Below, in pieces: positions 50,554 through 60,356 of a stretch of 64,000 nucleotides of DNA. The first letter of the stretch is position 1. The number at the start of each line of letters is the position of its first letter. The notes beneath the pieces are model-generated. The model did not search any database. It was given only the letters and a program-made list of their open reading frames with translations, and was not told the origin of the DNA. The position numbers and the translations under genes were made by a program. Origin of the DNA: Burkholderiales bacterium. GTDB lineage: Bacteria > Pseudomonadota > Gammaproteobacteria > Burkholderiales > Usitatibacteraceae. The stretch is from NCBI GenBank assembly GCA_031364925.1, contig JANLXC010000131.1, positions 423-64,422 of the forward strand, read 5' to 3'.

Positions 50554-51753
50554 TCATCCCGCGCTGAAGACGGCGCCGGCCTGCTCGAGGACTTCGATCT
50601 CGGCGCCGGAGTAGCCGAGGATGCCGAGGATTTCGCGGGTGTGCTCGCCCAGGAGCGGCGCGGCGCGCGTGATGGCACCCGGCGTGCCGGAGAACTTGAT
50701 CGGCATGCCCAGCGTCTTCACGCGGCCCACGCGCGAATGCTCGACATCCACCACCATCTCGCGCGCGGCCACCTGGGGATCGGCGAGCATGTCGCCGATC
50801 TTGTTCACCGGGCCCACCGGCACCCCGGCCGCCTCGAACTCGCGGATCCAGTCGGCCGAGCGGCGCGACTTCAGGCGCTCGGCCAGGAGCGGCGTAAGCG
50901 CCGCGAGGTTTTTCATGCGTTCGCCGTTGTTGACGAAGCGCGGGTCGCTGCCGAGCTCGGGGCGGCCGATCACTTTCACGATGCGCTCCCAGTTGGACTG
51001 GTTCGCACCGCCGATGTTGATCCAGCCGTCCGCCGTCGGGAACGCCTGGTAGGGCGCGGTGAGGATGTGCGCCGATCCCGAAGGGCCCGAGTTCTGCCCG
51101 GTGGCGAAGAAGATCGCCGACTGCCAGTAGGTCTGCTGGATGGCCGCTTCCATGAGCGAGGTCTCGACCATCTGGCCGCGTCCCGTGGTGGCGCGCGAGA
51201 CCAACGCCGAGACGATGCCGAGCGCGGCGAGGATGCCCGCGTTGATGTCGGCGATCGAGGTACCGCTCTTGGCGGGCGGCCCGCCGGGCTCGCCGGTGAT
51301 GCTCATGATTCCCGCGAAGCCCTGCGCGATGAGGTCGAAGCCGCCCTTGTCCGCGTACGGCCCGGTGCGCCCGTAGCCCGAAACCGCGCAATAGATCAAG
51401 CGCGGATTCAGCTTTTCCAGCACGTCATATCCGAGGCCGAGCTTCTCGAGGGTTCCCTTGCGATAATTCTCCGTGACGACGTCGGCGTCGGCGAGCAGGC
51501 GCTTGACCACCTCGAGGCCGCCGGGCTTCTTCAGGTTCACCGCGATGCCGCGCTTGTTGCGGTTGAGGATCATGAACGCCGCCGACTCGCCGTCGATGCT
51601 GGGCTCGGTGTAGCTCCTCGTGTCGTCGCCTCCGGGAAGCTTCTCGACCTTGATCACGTCCGCGCCCATGTCGGCGAGCAGCATCCCGCAGGTCGGGCCC
51701 GCCATGATCTGCGCGAGCTCGACGACCTTGATTCCCTTCAGCGCGCCTTGCAT
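50554..51753 (-). CDS. family III CoA-transferase (CaiB/BaiF)
   Basis: 399 aa. LKGIKVVELAQIMAGPTCGMLLADMGADVIKVE. Confidence 0.9.
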   Translation of the reverse strand: MQGALKGIKVVELAQIMAGPTCGMLLADMGADVIKVEKLPGGDDTRSYTEPSIDGESAAFMILNRNKRGIAVNLKKPGGLEVVKRLLADADVVTENYRKGTLEKLGLGYDVLEKLNPRLIYCAVSGYGRTGPYADKGGFDLIAQGFAGIMSITGEPGGPPAKSGTSIADINAGILAALGIVSALVSRATTGRGQMVETSLMEAAIQQTYWQSAIFFATGQNSGPSGSAHILTAPYQAFPTADGWINIGGANQSNWERIVKVIGRPELGSDPRFVNNGERMKNLAALTPLLAERLKSRRSADWIREFEAAGVPVGPVNKIGDMLADPQVAAREMVVDVEHSRVGRVKTLGMPIKFSGTPGAITRAAPLLGEHTREILGILGYSGAEIEVLEQAGAVFSAG

Positions 51754-51759
51754 TGCGGA

Positions 51760-52539
51760 TCACCTTCCCTTGAACGCGGGTTTTTCCTTGGCGAGGAATG
51801 CCTTGTAGCCGATCTGGAAGTCCTCGGTTCCGAAGCAGGCGAATCCTTCGTCGTATTCCTGGGCGGTGAGCGGCTTCGCATTGCGCAGGCGCCGCGCGAA
51901 CTTCTTGTGCCAGCGCGCGACCAGCGGGGCGCCGTCGGCGATGCGCTGTGCGGTGGCGCGCGCTTCGCCCTCGACCTCGGCATCGGGCACCACGCGCGTG
52001 ACCAGGCCCTTGTCCTTGGCCTCCTGAGCGTCGAAGACACGGCCCTCGAGGAGGATTTCGAGCGCCGTGGCCTCGCCCGCCAGCGCGATCAACGAGCCGA
52101 TCTCGGCATACGCCATCACCAGACCCAGCTTGTTGATCGGCACCCCGAAGCGGCTCGACGCGCCGCAGATGCGGATGTCGGCGAGGCCCGCGATCTCGAG
52201 GCCGCCGCCGACGCAGATGCCGTGGATCTGTGCGACCACCGGGTGGCGGCAGTTGCCGATCGCCTCGATGGTGCGGCGCATGTCATTGCCGTAGTCGCGC
52301 GCCTGGTCCACGCTGGAGCGCTCGGTCTCGAATTCCGAGATGTCGTTGCCGGGCGCGAAGGCGCGCGTGCCGGCGCCGCGCAGGATCACGCAGCGCACGG
52401 AATCGTCGCGATCGAGCTCCACGAAGACTTCGCCCAGGCGCTTCCACATCGGGCGCGTCAGGGCATTCAGCTTTTCGGGGCGGTTCAGCACGACGCGCGC
52501 GATGGCGCCGTCGCGCTCGACGAGGATGGTCGGGTCCAT
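51760..52539 (-). CDS. enoyl-CoA hydratase/isomerase family protein
   Basis: 259 aa. IARVVLNRPEKLNAL ... FAPGNDISEF ... VAQIHGICVGGGLEIA. Confidence 0.9.
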   Translation of the reverse strand: MDPTILVERDGAIARVVLNRPEKLNALTRPMWKRLGEVFVELDRDDSVRCVILRGAGTRAFAPGNDISEFETERSSVDQARDYGNDMRRTIEAIGNCRHPVVAQIHGICVGGGLEIAGLADIRICGASSRFGVPINKLGLVMAYAEIGSLIALAGEATALEILLEGRVFDAQEAKDKGLVTRVVPDAEVEGEARATAQRIADGAPLVARWHKKFARRLRNAKPLTAQEYDEGFACFGTEDFQIGYKAFLAKEKPAFKGR

Positions 52540-52602
52540 GGGCCTCGATAGTAACAGCGCGGCGCGTGGCTATAATCGACCCACGGTTTCTCCGGAATTC
52601 AC

Positions 52603-53841
52603 GTGTCCGCCGCCTCTCCCGCCGCCAGTTTTCGCACCGACGCCACCGTCATCTCGCTGGTCGGGTTCGCGCACGGCACCTCGCATTTCTTCCACTTCCT
52701 GATTCCGCCGCTCTTCCCGTGGCTGATGCGCGACTTCAACCTCTCGTTCACGCAGGCGGGCGCGATCATGACCACGTTCTTCGTGGTCTCGGGGATCGGC
52801 CAGGCGCTCGCGGGCTTCGCGGTGGACCGCTTCGGCGGCATGCGCGTGCTGTGCGCGGGGCTGGGCCTTCTTTGCCTGGGCGCGCTCGCATATGCGTCGG
52901 CGCAAAGCTACCCGATGCTGCTGATGGCCGCGGCCATCGCGGGCGTGGGCAACTGCGTCTTCCACCCCGCGGACTACACGATCATGAACCGGCGCATTTC
53001 CACGGCGCGGCTCGGGCACGCGTTCTCGGTGCACGGCCTGTCGGGAAATCTCGGCTGGGCGGCGGCGCCGGTGTTCGTGATCGCGATCGCGGACACGATG
53101 GGATGGCGCGCCGCGTGCGTGGGTGCCTCGATGGTCGGCATGCTCGCGCTCGCCTTCCTCTTCCTGCGCCGCGGCGACCTCGACGACGCGTCGCGCCTCA
53201 TGCCCCACGAGCCGGCTCGTCGCGAGGGCGGCTCGTTCGCCTTCCTCGGCGTGGGCGTGGTGTGGATGTGCTTCGCGTTCTTCCTGCTCTCGGTAATGGC
53301 GTTCGGCGCGCTGCAGAATTTCGCGCCGCCGCTCCTCGAGCGCACCTACGGAGTCTCGCTCGCGTTCGCCACCTCGGCGCTGACGGCGTACCTGCTAGGC
53401 AGCGCCGCCGGCACCGCGACGGGCGGATTCTTCGCCACGCGCGGCGAGCGCGAGGACCGGCGCGTCGCGCTCGCGCTCGCCGGGGCGGCTCTCTGCGCCA
53501 TCGCGCTCGCGAGCGCGATGGTGCCGGGATGGAGTGTCGCGGCGCTGATGGGACTCATGGGCTTCGGCGTGGGCTTCATCGGCCCCTCGCGCGACATGCT
53601 CGTGCGTCGCGCCGCCACCAGCACCTTCGGCACCGGCGCCTTCGGGCGCGTCTACGGCTTCGTCTACGCCGGCATCGACGCCGGCCTCGCCGTGGCGCCT
53701 CTCGCCTTCGGCCCCCTCATGGACGCCGGCCGCTACACGCTCGTCCTCTGGGGCGTGGCCGCCCTCCAGGTCCTCGCCATCGGCACGGCGCTGGCGGTCG
53801 GCTCCCGCTCCCGAAAATATGTCGTGTCAGGTACGACATAG
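52603..53841 (+). CDS. MFS transporter
   Basis: 412 aa, 12 predicted TM. GTG start. A perfect TATAAT sits at 52571..52576. The last six codons (VVSGTT) are encoded by hairpin A of the repeat at 53818. Confidence 0.85.
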   Translation: MSAASPAASFRTDATVISLVGFAHGTSHFFHFLIPPLFPWLMRDFNLSFTQAGAIMTTFFVVSGIGQALAGFAVDRFGGMRVLCAGLGLLCLGALAYASAQSYPMLLMAAAIAGVGNCVFHPADYTIMNRRISTARLGHAFSVHGLSGNLGWAAAPVFVIAIADTMGWRAACVGASMVGMLALAFLFLRRGDLDDASRLMPHEPARREGGSFAFLGVGVVWMCFAFFLLSVMAFGALQNFAPPLLERTYGVSLAFATSALTAYLLGSAAGTATGGFFATRGEREDRRVALALAGAALCAIALASAMVPGWSVAALMGLMGFGVGFIGPSRDMLVRRAATSTFGTGAFGRVYGFVYAGIDAGLAVAPLAFGPLMDAGRYTLVLWGVAALQVLAIGTALAVGSRSRKYVVSGTT

Positions 53842-53865
53842 GAACTCGTGTCAGGTACGAGTTCC
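53818..53865. repeat. two abutting hairpins with identical GTCAGGT loops
   Basis: Hairpin A is TATGTCGT-GTCAGGT-ACGACATA (53818..53840). Hairpin B is GGAACTCGT-GTCAGGT-ACGAGTTCC (53841..53865). The stop codons of both convergent genes (53839..53841 and 53851..53853) lie inside them. Confidence 0.8.
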
Positions 53866-55062
53866 TGCCCCGCGGAAAGTCGTACCTGGCACCACTTGTT
53901 TCCGGAGGAAGGGCTGCTCGATGAAGCGCCACGAGAGCCACGAGATGGCGATGAGGGCGGCAAGATAGAGGGGAAGCGACGTCCAGGCGGGCAGGGCACG
54001 CGCGTAGGCGTTCCAGAGGAAGAGCAGCGGGAGGTGGTAGAGGAACGCGGAGTAGCTCACGCGGCCCAGGAAGGCGAGGGGGCCGCGTCCAAGCAGCCGC
54101 TGCAGGGCTGGCCACTCGGTCGTCACCGCCCAGAAAAGCAGGATTCCGAGGCAGACGGGCGGCACGATCCAGTGGAGCTGGCCCAGTGCTCGTCCGTCGA
54201 ACGCCATCAATCGATAGAGCATCGCGAAGGCGCACAGCGCGCCGATCGCCACGAGCCTGCTCTCGATGGGCATCTGCGCGCGGGAGCGCCACAGGAGCCA
54301 CGCGCGCCCCAGCACGATGCCGAGCGCGAAATGCACGAAGTAGCTCGGCAGCTGGTGCAGCAGGAGATAGCGCACCACCGGCTCGGTCCACCCCCAGTGC
54401 GCGCCAAGTGCCATCTGCGCGGCGACCAGCCCGTCGAGCCCGCTCTGCACGCCGATGTGCCAAAGGGCGGCCAGCGCGAGCGAAGCGGCGACCGCGGCGT
54501 AGGGCCAGCGCACGAACAGCGGCGCCACGAGAGGGACGAGGAGATAGAACTGCGCCTCCACCGCGAGCGTCCACAGCGCGCCATTCACCTGCATGGAGCC
54601 GCTGGAGAGCGGCGTCGTGTTGTGCAGGAAAAGCCCGTGGGCGACCGCGTTGTAGAGATAGACGTAGAGGTCGTAGCGCCAGTAGCGCGCGCCAGCCAGC
54701 AGCGGCAGCGCGATCGCGAAGAGGAATGCGAGCTGCACGTAGTACGCCGGCAGGACGCGACGAAGCCGCCGCGCGTAGAAGGCGCGAGCCGACGGGGCGG
54801 GCCGACCCTCGCTCGCATGCACGAACCATGGCAGCGCGAGGAGGAATCCCGAGATCAGGAAGAAGAGGTCCACGCCGAGGTATCCCGCGCCCACCACCGG
54901 CTCGAGGACGCGGGACGAGGCCATCAGGTCCACCCACGGGTCGTCGAGCTTGCCGCGTACCGCGTAGACGTGGAATGCGACCACCCAAGTGACGGCGACG
55001 CCGCGCAGCCCGTCCAGGGGTGCGATGCTCCCGACTGCGTCGCGAACGTTGCCGGCCGGCAT
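53851..55062 (-). CDS. acyltransferase family 3 (OafA-like) membrane protein
   Basis: 403 aa. LDGLRGVAVTWVVAFHV, multi-TM. The start overlaps the upstream gene's stop by 1 nt. Confidence 0.85.
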   Translation of the reverse strand: MPAGNVRDAVGSIAPLDGLRGVAVTWVVAFHVYAVRGKLDDPWVDLMASSRVLEPVVGAGYLGVDLFFLISGFLLALPWFVHASEGRPAPSARAFYARRLRRVLPAYYVQLAFLFAIALPLLAGARYWRYDLYVYLYNAVAHGLFLHNTTPLSSGSMQVNGALWTLAVEAQFYLLVPLVAPLFVRWPYAAVAASLALAALWHIGVQSGLDGLVAAQMALGAHWGWTEPVVRYLLLHQLPSYFVHFALGIVLGRAWLLWRSRAQMPIESRLVAIGALCAFAMLYRLMAFDGRALGQLHWIVPPVCLGILLFWAVTTEWPALQRLLGRGPLAFLGRVSYSAFLYHLPLLFLWNAYARALPAWTSLPLYLAALIAISWLSWRFIEQPFLRKQVVPGTTFRGAGTRT

Positions 55063-56129
55063 CAGAACGTGAGGCGCCCGGCGTAGCCGGTGAGCTCGAG
55101 GTAGCCGCGGCCGCGCTCGCCGTTCGCACCCTCGACGCGCACCGCGCCTTCCCAGTAGATGTTCCCCGTCGAGCCGCGCGCATCGAGCTCCTGGTCATCC
55201 ATCAACGGGTCCACGCGCCACACCTTTCCAGCCACCTCGACATCCATCGCGACAGGATAGACGGTCCCGGTGCGCGGCGATTTCCACTCGCGCCGCGGCG
55301 AGAAGCGCACCGCCTCGCGCCCCGACGCGACCGCCGCCGCGCCGGGCATGCGCAACATCGCGTTGGCCCAGAGCGGCGCGCCGTCCTTGCCGCGTATGCG
55401 AAACGCCATCAGCGCGCCGCCGCCCTCGAGGTTGGCGCCGAGCCAGTCCCAGCCCATGGCGTCGTCGGAGAGGAGCCGGCTCGACCATTCGTGGTCGAGC
55501 CACGCCGCGCCCTTCACCTCGAGCGTCTCTCCCGCCGATTGCACGCGCCCTTCGACGCGCAGCTGCGGCTCGCTGTAGTAGTAGCTAGCCTCGTCCGCGC
55601 CAGGGCCCTTGCGGCTGAAGCCACGCTCGCCCTGGAGCAGCACCGGTTGCGTGGGCGTCATTGCCAGGTCCAGCGCGAAACCCTCGGCGACGATGCGCGC
55701 GCGATAGGCCCCGGACTCGCGCACGAGATGCCAATCGTCGATGCGCAGCGCGGTGTCGCTCTCGCCCGCCGTCACGAGATCCGGCAGCATGCGCGCCGAC
55801 CGCTGGTCGTGGAGGAGGCGCCCCTTGCGCGGATCGGCGAGCGCCGCGTGGGCGAAAATGAGCTGCCTGGGGCTGAAACGGCTCGCATTGCCGTCGGCCT
55901 CGGGATTGCGCACTCGGAAGAAGGTCACCTGGAAACCCATCGGGCCGCGCGGGGTGTCGAGCTCTCCGGTCACGTACCACCATTCGATGCGGTGGGCGGG
56001 ATGCGATCCCGCATCCCTCGGAAATACGAGCGCCTTGCCAGGCGTTACCGCAGCGAAGTCGAAAGCGAAGGCTTGAACCGCGAATAGCACGAAGGGAGCG
56101 AAGAGCAGCGTGACGCTCTTAGCGTTCAC
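55062..56129 (-). CDS. AttH/CrtC-like (hydroxyneurosporene synthase / lipocalin-like) secreted protein
   Basis: From ORF 55062..56861. GTG start 56129 in a GTGA overlap with the permease stop. FPRDAGSHPAHRIEWWYVTGEL ... YYYSEPQL ... AWLDHEWS is the AttH pattern. Confidence 0.8.
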   Translation of the reverse strand: MNAKSVTLLFAPFVLFAVQAFAFDFAAVTPGKALVFPRDAGSHPAHRIEWWYVTGELDTPRGPMGFQVTFFRVRNPEADGNASRFSPRQLIFAHAALADPRKGRLLHDQRSARMLPDLVTAGESDTALRIDDWHLVRESGAYRARIVAEGFALDLAMTPTQPVLLQGERGFSRKGPGADEASYYYSEPQLRVEGRVQSAGETLEVKGAAWLDHEWSSRLLSDDAMGWDWLGANLEGGGALMAFRIRGKDGAPLWANAMLRMPGAAAVASGREAVRFSPRREWKSPRTGTVYPVAMDVEVAGKVWRVDPLMDDQELDARGSTGNIYWEGAVRVEGANGERGRGYLELTGYAGRLTF

Positions 56130-58633
56130 GCGTCGTCCTTCACCGCGAGGACGGCTTCCTTGCGCACGGCAAAGGCGGCGCTCGCCTGCGCCCCGATCGC
56201 GCACATCGAGATCACTCCGGCCACCAGCGCGAAGAGCGCCGCGAAAGGCCAGTGCACCTCCAGGCTCCAGTGGAACGACTGGCGGTTCACGACGTGCACG
56301 AGGACGAGGCTGATGGCGATGCCGGAGACGAGCCCGATCGCGGCGCCGAGGGCACCGGTGGCCGCGCCCTCCACCGCGAGAAGGCGCAACACCTCGCGGC
56401 GCGTGAGGCCGAGGAAGCGCAGCACGCCGAACTCGCGCCGGCGCGACCAGGCGAGCGCGGCGAAGCTGCTGGTCACGCCGGCCAGGCCGATGAGGATGGC
56501 GATCGCCTCCAGCGCATAGGTGACCGCGAAGCTGCGGTCGAAGATCGCGAGCGAGCGCCGGCGCAGCTCCGCAGCGTCCTCGAAGGCGAGGCCGCGCGCC
56601 TCGGGAAGGGCGCGTCGAATTGCTGCCTCCGCGCGCTTCGCGTCCACGCCGCTCGCGAGGTGGATCGCGAGGTCGTTGGCGCGGGTGTCGCCGGTGAGGC
56701 TGCGATAGCGCTCCAGCGGCATCAGCACCGCCCCCCAGGTGCGCGCGTAGTCGCGGATCACGCCCGCCACCGAGAGCGGGGTGTCGCGCCCGGCGATCGG
56801 CAGGACGATGCGATCGCCCGTCTTCCAGCCGTGCAGGTCGCGGGCCGCCTCGGAGATCCACACCGGGATCTCGCCGCCCGGCGCGGGCATCGCGCGCGGC
56901 TCAGCCTGGAAGCCTTCGAGGATGCGCTCGTTGATCGGCCGCGCGATAAGGGTGACGGGCGGGCCGTTGGCGTCGAGCACGAGCCGATCGAAGCGCAGCG
57001 CCTCGCTCGATGCGACTTCGGCAAGGGCGGCGACCTTGCGCAGGTCCTCGGCCGAGAATGTGCTCGACGCGGAAGACTGCACGTAGAGGTCGGCGCCGAC
57101 CACGCCGTTGAGCCAATCCTCGAGCGAGACGCGGAACGAAAACACCATGATTGCCATCGCCACGCAGAGCGACGCGCTCACCACGATGCCCGCGACGCTC
57201 GCCGCGAGATGGCCGGGGAGGTGGCGCACCTGCGCCAGCGCGAGGCTCGCGATCGGCGCATCGGGCGGGGCGACGCGCGTGAGGATCGCTCGGCAAAGTG
57301 GCCCCACCGCGAGCACCGAGGCGCAGAGCCACGCGATGATCGCGCCGTACCCGCCGAGGGGGAGGCCGGCGATCGGCGGCACCAACAACAGCGGCATGCC
57401 CGCGATCACGAGCCCGATGGCGAGGAGCCCCGCGCCGCCGGAGGCTTGCGGCAGGTCCACCGCGCGGTCGCGCAGCGCGTCGGCCACCACGATGCGTCCG
57501 ACCGCGCGCGCCACCCACAGTGCCCCGGCGATCGACATGCCGATGCCGAGCGCGGCGATGAAGGCGAGCGCCGGCAGGTCTGGCGTGAAGGGGCTTTGCG
57601 AGGCGCTGAAGAATCCCGCGCCGAGGTCGCCACCGGCGTGCTCGAGGAGCAATCGGCTTGCCCAGAGCCCGAACGCGGTGCCGATCGCGGAGCCGAGCGC
57701 GCCGATCGCGGCGCCTTCGAGCGTGAGGATGTACGCGAGCCCGCGCCGCGTGATTCCCAGCGCCCGCAGGAGGGCGAATTCCTGCCGGCGCCGCGCGGCC
57801 TGCAGCGCGAGCGTCGAGAAAACCAGGAAGGCCCCCGTGGCGAGCGCGACCAAGGCCAGCGCGTCGAGATTGACGCGATAGGCGCGCGTGATCGCCGCAA
57901 CGCGCCCCGAAAGCGAGGCGGCGCCCGATGCGACCACGCCCGGAGGAAGAAGGCTCGCGACGCCGGCGCGGAAGCGCGCGCCGTCGACACCGGGGCGAAG
58001 GCGCAGGTCGATCCGCGTGATCGCGCCTACGCGCCCGAAGAGATTCTGCGCGGCGGCGATGTCCATGACGCCGATCTCGCCGCCGGCCTGCATGCCGGCG
58101 AGGATGCCGGCGACGCGAAGCTCCACCTTCCCATTGGCGCTGATGAGCGCGAGCGCGTCGCCCTCGCGCGCCTTCAGCTTCGCCGATGCCGCGGGAGACA
58201 GCCAGATGGCGCGCTCGTCGAAGAGCCGGCCCACGCTTCCGGCGCCGGTCTTCGCCGCGTCGACCACGAAGGCGGGCTGCAAGCGCACGGCGCGCAGCGC
58301 GTCGATGCCGAGGATGCGCAGGTTGCGCGCGCCGTCCGCGAGCCCTGCCTCGATCTCCACCACCGGGCTTGCGGCCGCGACCTCGGGGCGGCTCGCGATG
58401 CGGGCGAAGAGCGCATCGTCGAAGCCGCTGCGCGGCCCGCGGATCTCCACGTCGGCCTTGCCGGCGAGGGCGTGCGCGGCGCGGTCGATCTCGGCAAGCG
58501 CGGAGGTGTGCACCGTGTGCACCGCGCCCGCGAGCGCCACGCCGAGCGCGATGGACGCGAGCGTGAGGACCAGCCGCAAGCCGTTTGCCGCGAGCGTGCC
58601 GCGCAGGAGGAGGATCGCCAGCGGCGCGTTCAT
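56126..58633 (-). CDS. ABC transporter permease with two FtsX-type domains
   Basis: From ORF 56126..58756. Start at MNAPLAILLLRG (ATGA overlap with the ATPase stop). Two 4-TM FtsX modules separated by a large periplasmic region. Confidence 0.85.
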   Translation of the reverse strand: MNAPLAILLLRGTLAANGLRLVLTLASIALGVALAGAVHTVHTSALAEIDRAAHALAGKADVEIRGPRSGFDDALFARIASRPEVAAASPVVEIEAGLADGARNLRILGIDALRAVRLQPAFVVDAAKTGAGSVGRLFDERAIWLSPAASAKLKAREGDALALISANGKVELRVAGILAGMQAGGEIGVMDIAAAQNLFGRVGAITRIDLRLRPGVDGARFRAGVASLLPPGVVASGAASLSGRVAAITRAYRVNLDALALVALATGAFLVFSTLALQAARRRQEFALLRALGITRRGLAYILTLEGAAIGALGSAIGTAFGLWASRLLLEHAGGDLGAGFFSASQSPFTPDLPALAFIAALGIGMSIAGALWVARAVGRIVVADALRDRAVDLPQASGGAGLLAIGLVIAGMPLLLVPPIAGLPLGGYGAIIAWLCASVLAVGPLCRAILTRVAPPDAPIASLALAQVRHLPGHLAASVAGIVVSASLCVAMAIMVFSFRVSLEDWLNGVVGADLYVQSSASSTFSAEDLRKVAALAEVASSEALRFDRLVLDANGPPVTLIARPINERILEGFQAEPRAMPAPGGEIPVWISEAARDLHGWKTGDRIVLPIAGRDTPLSVAGVIRDYARTWGAVLMPLERYRSLTGDTRANDLAIHLASGVDAKRAEAAIRRALPEARGLAFEDAAELRRRSLAIFDRSFAVTYALEAIAILIGLAGVTSSFAALAWSRRREFGVLRFLGLTRREVLRLLAVEGAATGALGAAIGLVSGIAISLVLVHVVNRQSFHWSLEVHWPFAALFALVAGVISMCAIGAQASAAFAVRKEAVLAVKDDA

Positions 58634-59295
58634 GGCGCGGGGGCGAGGCTTGTGCCGGCCAGGCGCAGCACGCGGTCCGCGGCCGAAGCCGCGATGCGCG
58701 AATGCGTGACCATGAGCGCCGCGGCCCCGGCGCGCTTCACCGCGTCCCCCAGGCACGCAAGCACCGCGCCCGCGTGGCCCTCGTCGAGGTTGCCCGTAGG
58801 CTCGTCGGCGAGGACGAGGCTCGGGGCGTGCACCAGCGCGCGCGCGATCGCCGCCCGCTGCATCTCACCGCCGGATAGCGACCCCGGTCGCCGGTCGCCG
58901 AAATCGCCAAGCCCGACGGAGCGCAATGCTTCATGGGCACGGCGCTCGCGCTCGGCGCCGTGCACGCCGATGAGCGCGAGCGGCAGGGCGACGTTCTGGC
59001 TCACGGTGAGATAGGGAAGAAGGTGGAACGCCTGGAAGACGAAGCCCACGTGGCGTCGACGCCACAACGCGAGGGCTTCGTCGTCACCGAAGTCGAGCGG
59101 CTTGCCGTCGACGAGGACCTCCCCCACGTCGGGGCGGTCGAGGCCGGCGATGATGTTGAGGAGCGTGGTCTTGCCGCAGCCCGACTCGCCGACGATGGCG
59201 ACCCACTCGCCGCGCGCGACGTCGAGTCGCACCGCTTCGAACAGGGGATTGCCGGGACCGAAGGACTTGCCGAGCCCGCGGACTTCCAGCATCAA
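58630..59295 (-). CDS. ABC transporter ATP-binding protein (LolD/MacB-type)
   Basis: 221 aa. Walker A GESGCGKTT, signature LSGGEMQR, Walker B LVLADEPT. Confidence 0.95.
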   Translation of the reverse strand: MMLEVRGLGKSFGPGNPLFEAVRLDVARGEWVAIVGESGCGKTTLLNIIAGLDRPDVGEVLVDGKPLDFGDDEALALWRRRHVGFVFQAFHLLPYLTVSQNVALPLALIGVHGAERERRAHEALRSVGLGDFGDRRPGSLSGGEMQRAAIARALVHAPSLVLADEPTGNLDEGHAGAVLACLGDAVKRAGAAALMVTHSRIAASAADRVLRLAGTSLAPAP

Positions 59296-59296
59296 G

Positions 59297-59863
59297 TCAG
59301 AGCCAGGCGATGATCCCGAGGATCGCGCCGGCGAATGCGGACAGGCCCGCGCCGTAGAGAAGCCAGCGCTTCTGCGTGAGCACCGTGATCGAGGCGAGCG
59401 CGATGGCGATCTGCAGCAGCGTCATCGAGATGGCGAGATAGTGGTGCGGATGCAGCGCGTGCCCGCTCATGTCGTTGAACTTCTTCGACTTGGCCTCGTG
59501 CTCGCGCGCCTTGACCTCGATCTCCTTCTTCTCCTTCGAGTAACGCGCCACCTCGGACTTGTAGAACTCCACCTTGGCGGCATCTGTACTGATCCCCGCG
59601 GCGAGCTCGGCCAGGTTCTGCTTCATGCTCTTCGCCTGGTAGAAGTTCCACTGGTCGGAGGCCTCGGCGCGCTCGAGCACCGCCTCGTTCTTGAAGAGGA
59701 GCGCCTTGTTCTGCGTGTCGCCGCCGAAGAAGCTCACGATGGCGCCGACCGTGGCGAGCACCGCGGTGAAGATCGCTACCTGCTGGCCCAGCCCGGGCTT
59801 GTTGCCCGCGTGCTCGACGGCATGGTCGTGGGGGCCGTGTACATGGATTCCGTGCTCGGACAT
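59297..59863 (-). CDS. DUF4337 family membrane protein
   Basis: 188 aa. His-rich N-terminus, SDQWNFYQAKSMKQ, C-terminal TM pair. The stop is 1 nt before the ABC ATPase start. Confidence 0.8.
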   Translation of the reverse strand: MSEHGIHVHGPHDHAVEHAGNKPGLGQQVAIFTAVLATVGAIVSFFGGDTQNKALLFKNEAVLERAEASDQWNFYQAKSMKQNLAELAAGISTDAAKVEFYKSEVARYSKEKKEIEVKAREHEAKSKKFNDMSGHALHPHHYLAISMTLLQIAIALASITVLTQKRWLLYGAGLSAFAGAILGIIAWL

Positions 59864-59884
59864 CGAACGCCTTCTTGTTGTCGG

Positions 59885-60316
59885 CTACTGGCCGCTTATG
59901 TAGTGTTCCAGCTGCTCGATGGTGAAGTCCTGGTCGGCGATGATGTCGCTCACGATGTCGCGGATCGACACCATGCCGATCACGCGGCCGTCGTCGACCA
60001 CGGGCAGGTGGCGGATGCCCTTCTCGCTCATGAGCTGCATGCATTCGCGCGTCCGGGTGCGCGGGTTCACCACGATCACGTTCGAAGTCATGACCTCCTC
60101 GACGCGCGTGGTGTCGGAGGCGCGGCCCTTGAGGACGATCTTGCGCGTGTAGTCGCGCTCGGAAAAGATGCCGGCGAGGCGGTTGCCGCTCATCACGATG
60201 GCCGCGCCGATGTCCTCCGTGGCGAGGACCTTGATCGCGTCGAGCACGCTCTGCTCGGGGGTGACCGACACGACGCGGGCGGGTTTGATCCTCAACAGCT
60301 CGGCAACCGTCTTCAT
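59885..60316 (-). CDS. CBS domain pair protein
   Basis: From ORF 59885..60337. Start at MKTVAELL (GGAGG SD 7 nt upstream). Two CBS motifs (IGAAIVM..., IRHLPVVDDGRVIGMVSIRDI). Confidence 0.85.
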   Translation of the reverse strand: MKTVAELLRIKPARVVSVTPEQSVLDAIKVLATEDIGAAIVMSGNRLAGIFSERDYTRKIVLKGRASDTTRVEEVMTSNVIVVNPRTRTRECMQLMSEKGIRHLPVVDDGRVIGMVSIRDIVSDIIADQDFTIEQLEHYISGQ

Positions 60317-60356
60317 TTTCGTGCCTCCGTTCGCCATGGCGGTTCGCCTTCGCTCG

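Noticed and set aside
49325-52551. 688-aa minus (49325..51391) and 675-aa plus (50524..52551) ORFs
   Set aside because: They are off-frame or antisense to the TauE, CoA-transferase and enoyl-CoA hydratase genes, all of which have clear family motifs.
56252-59014. 920-aa plus-strand ORF
   Set aside because: It is antisense to the FtsX permease and ABC ATPase genes, which have Walker/signature motifs and coupled start/stop junctions.
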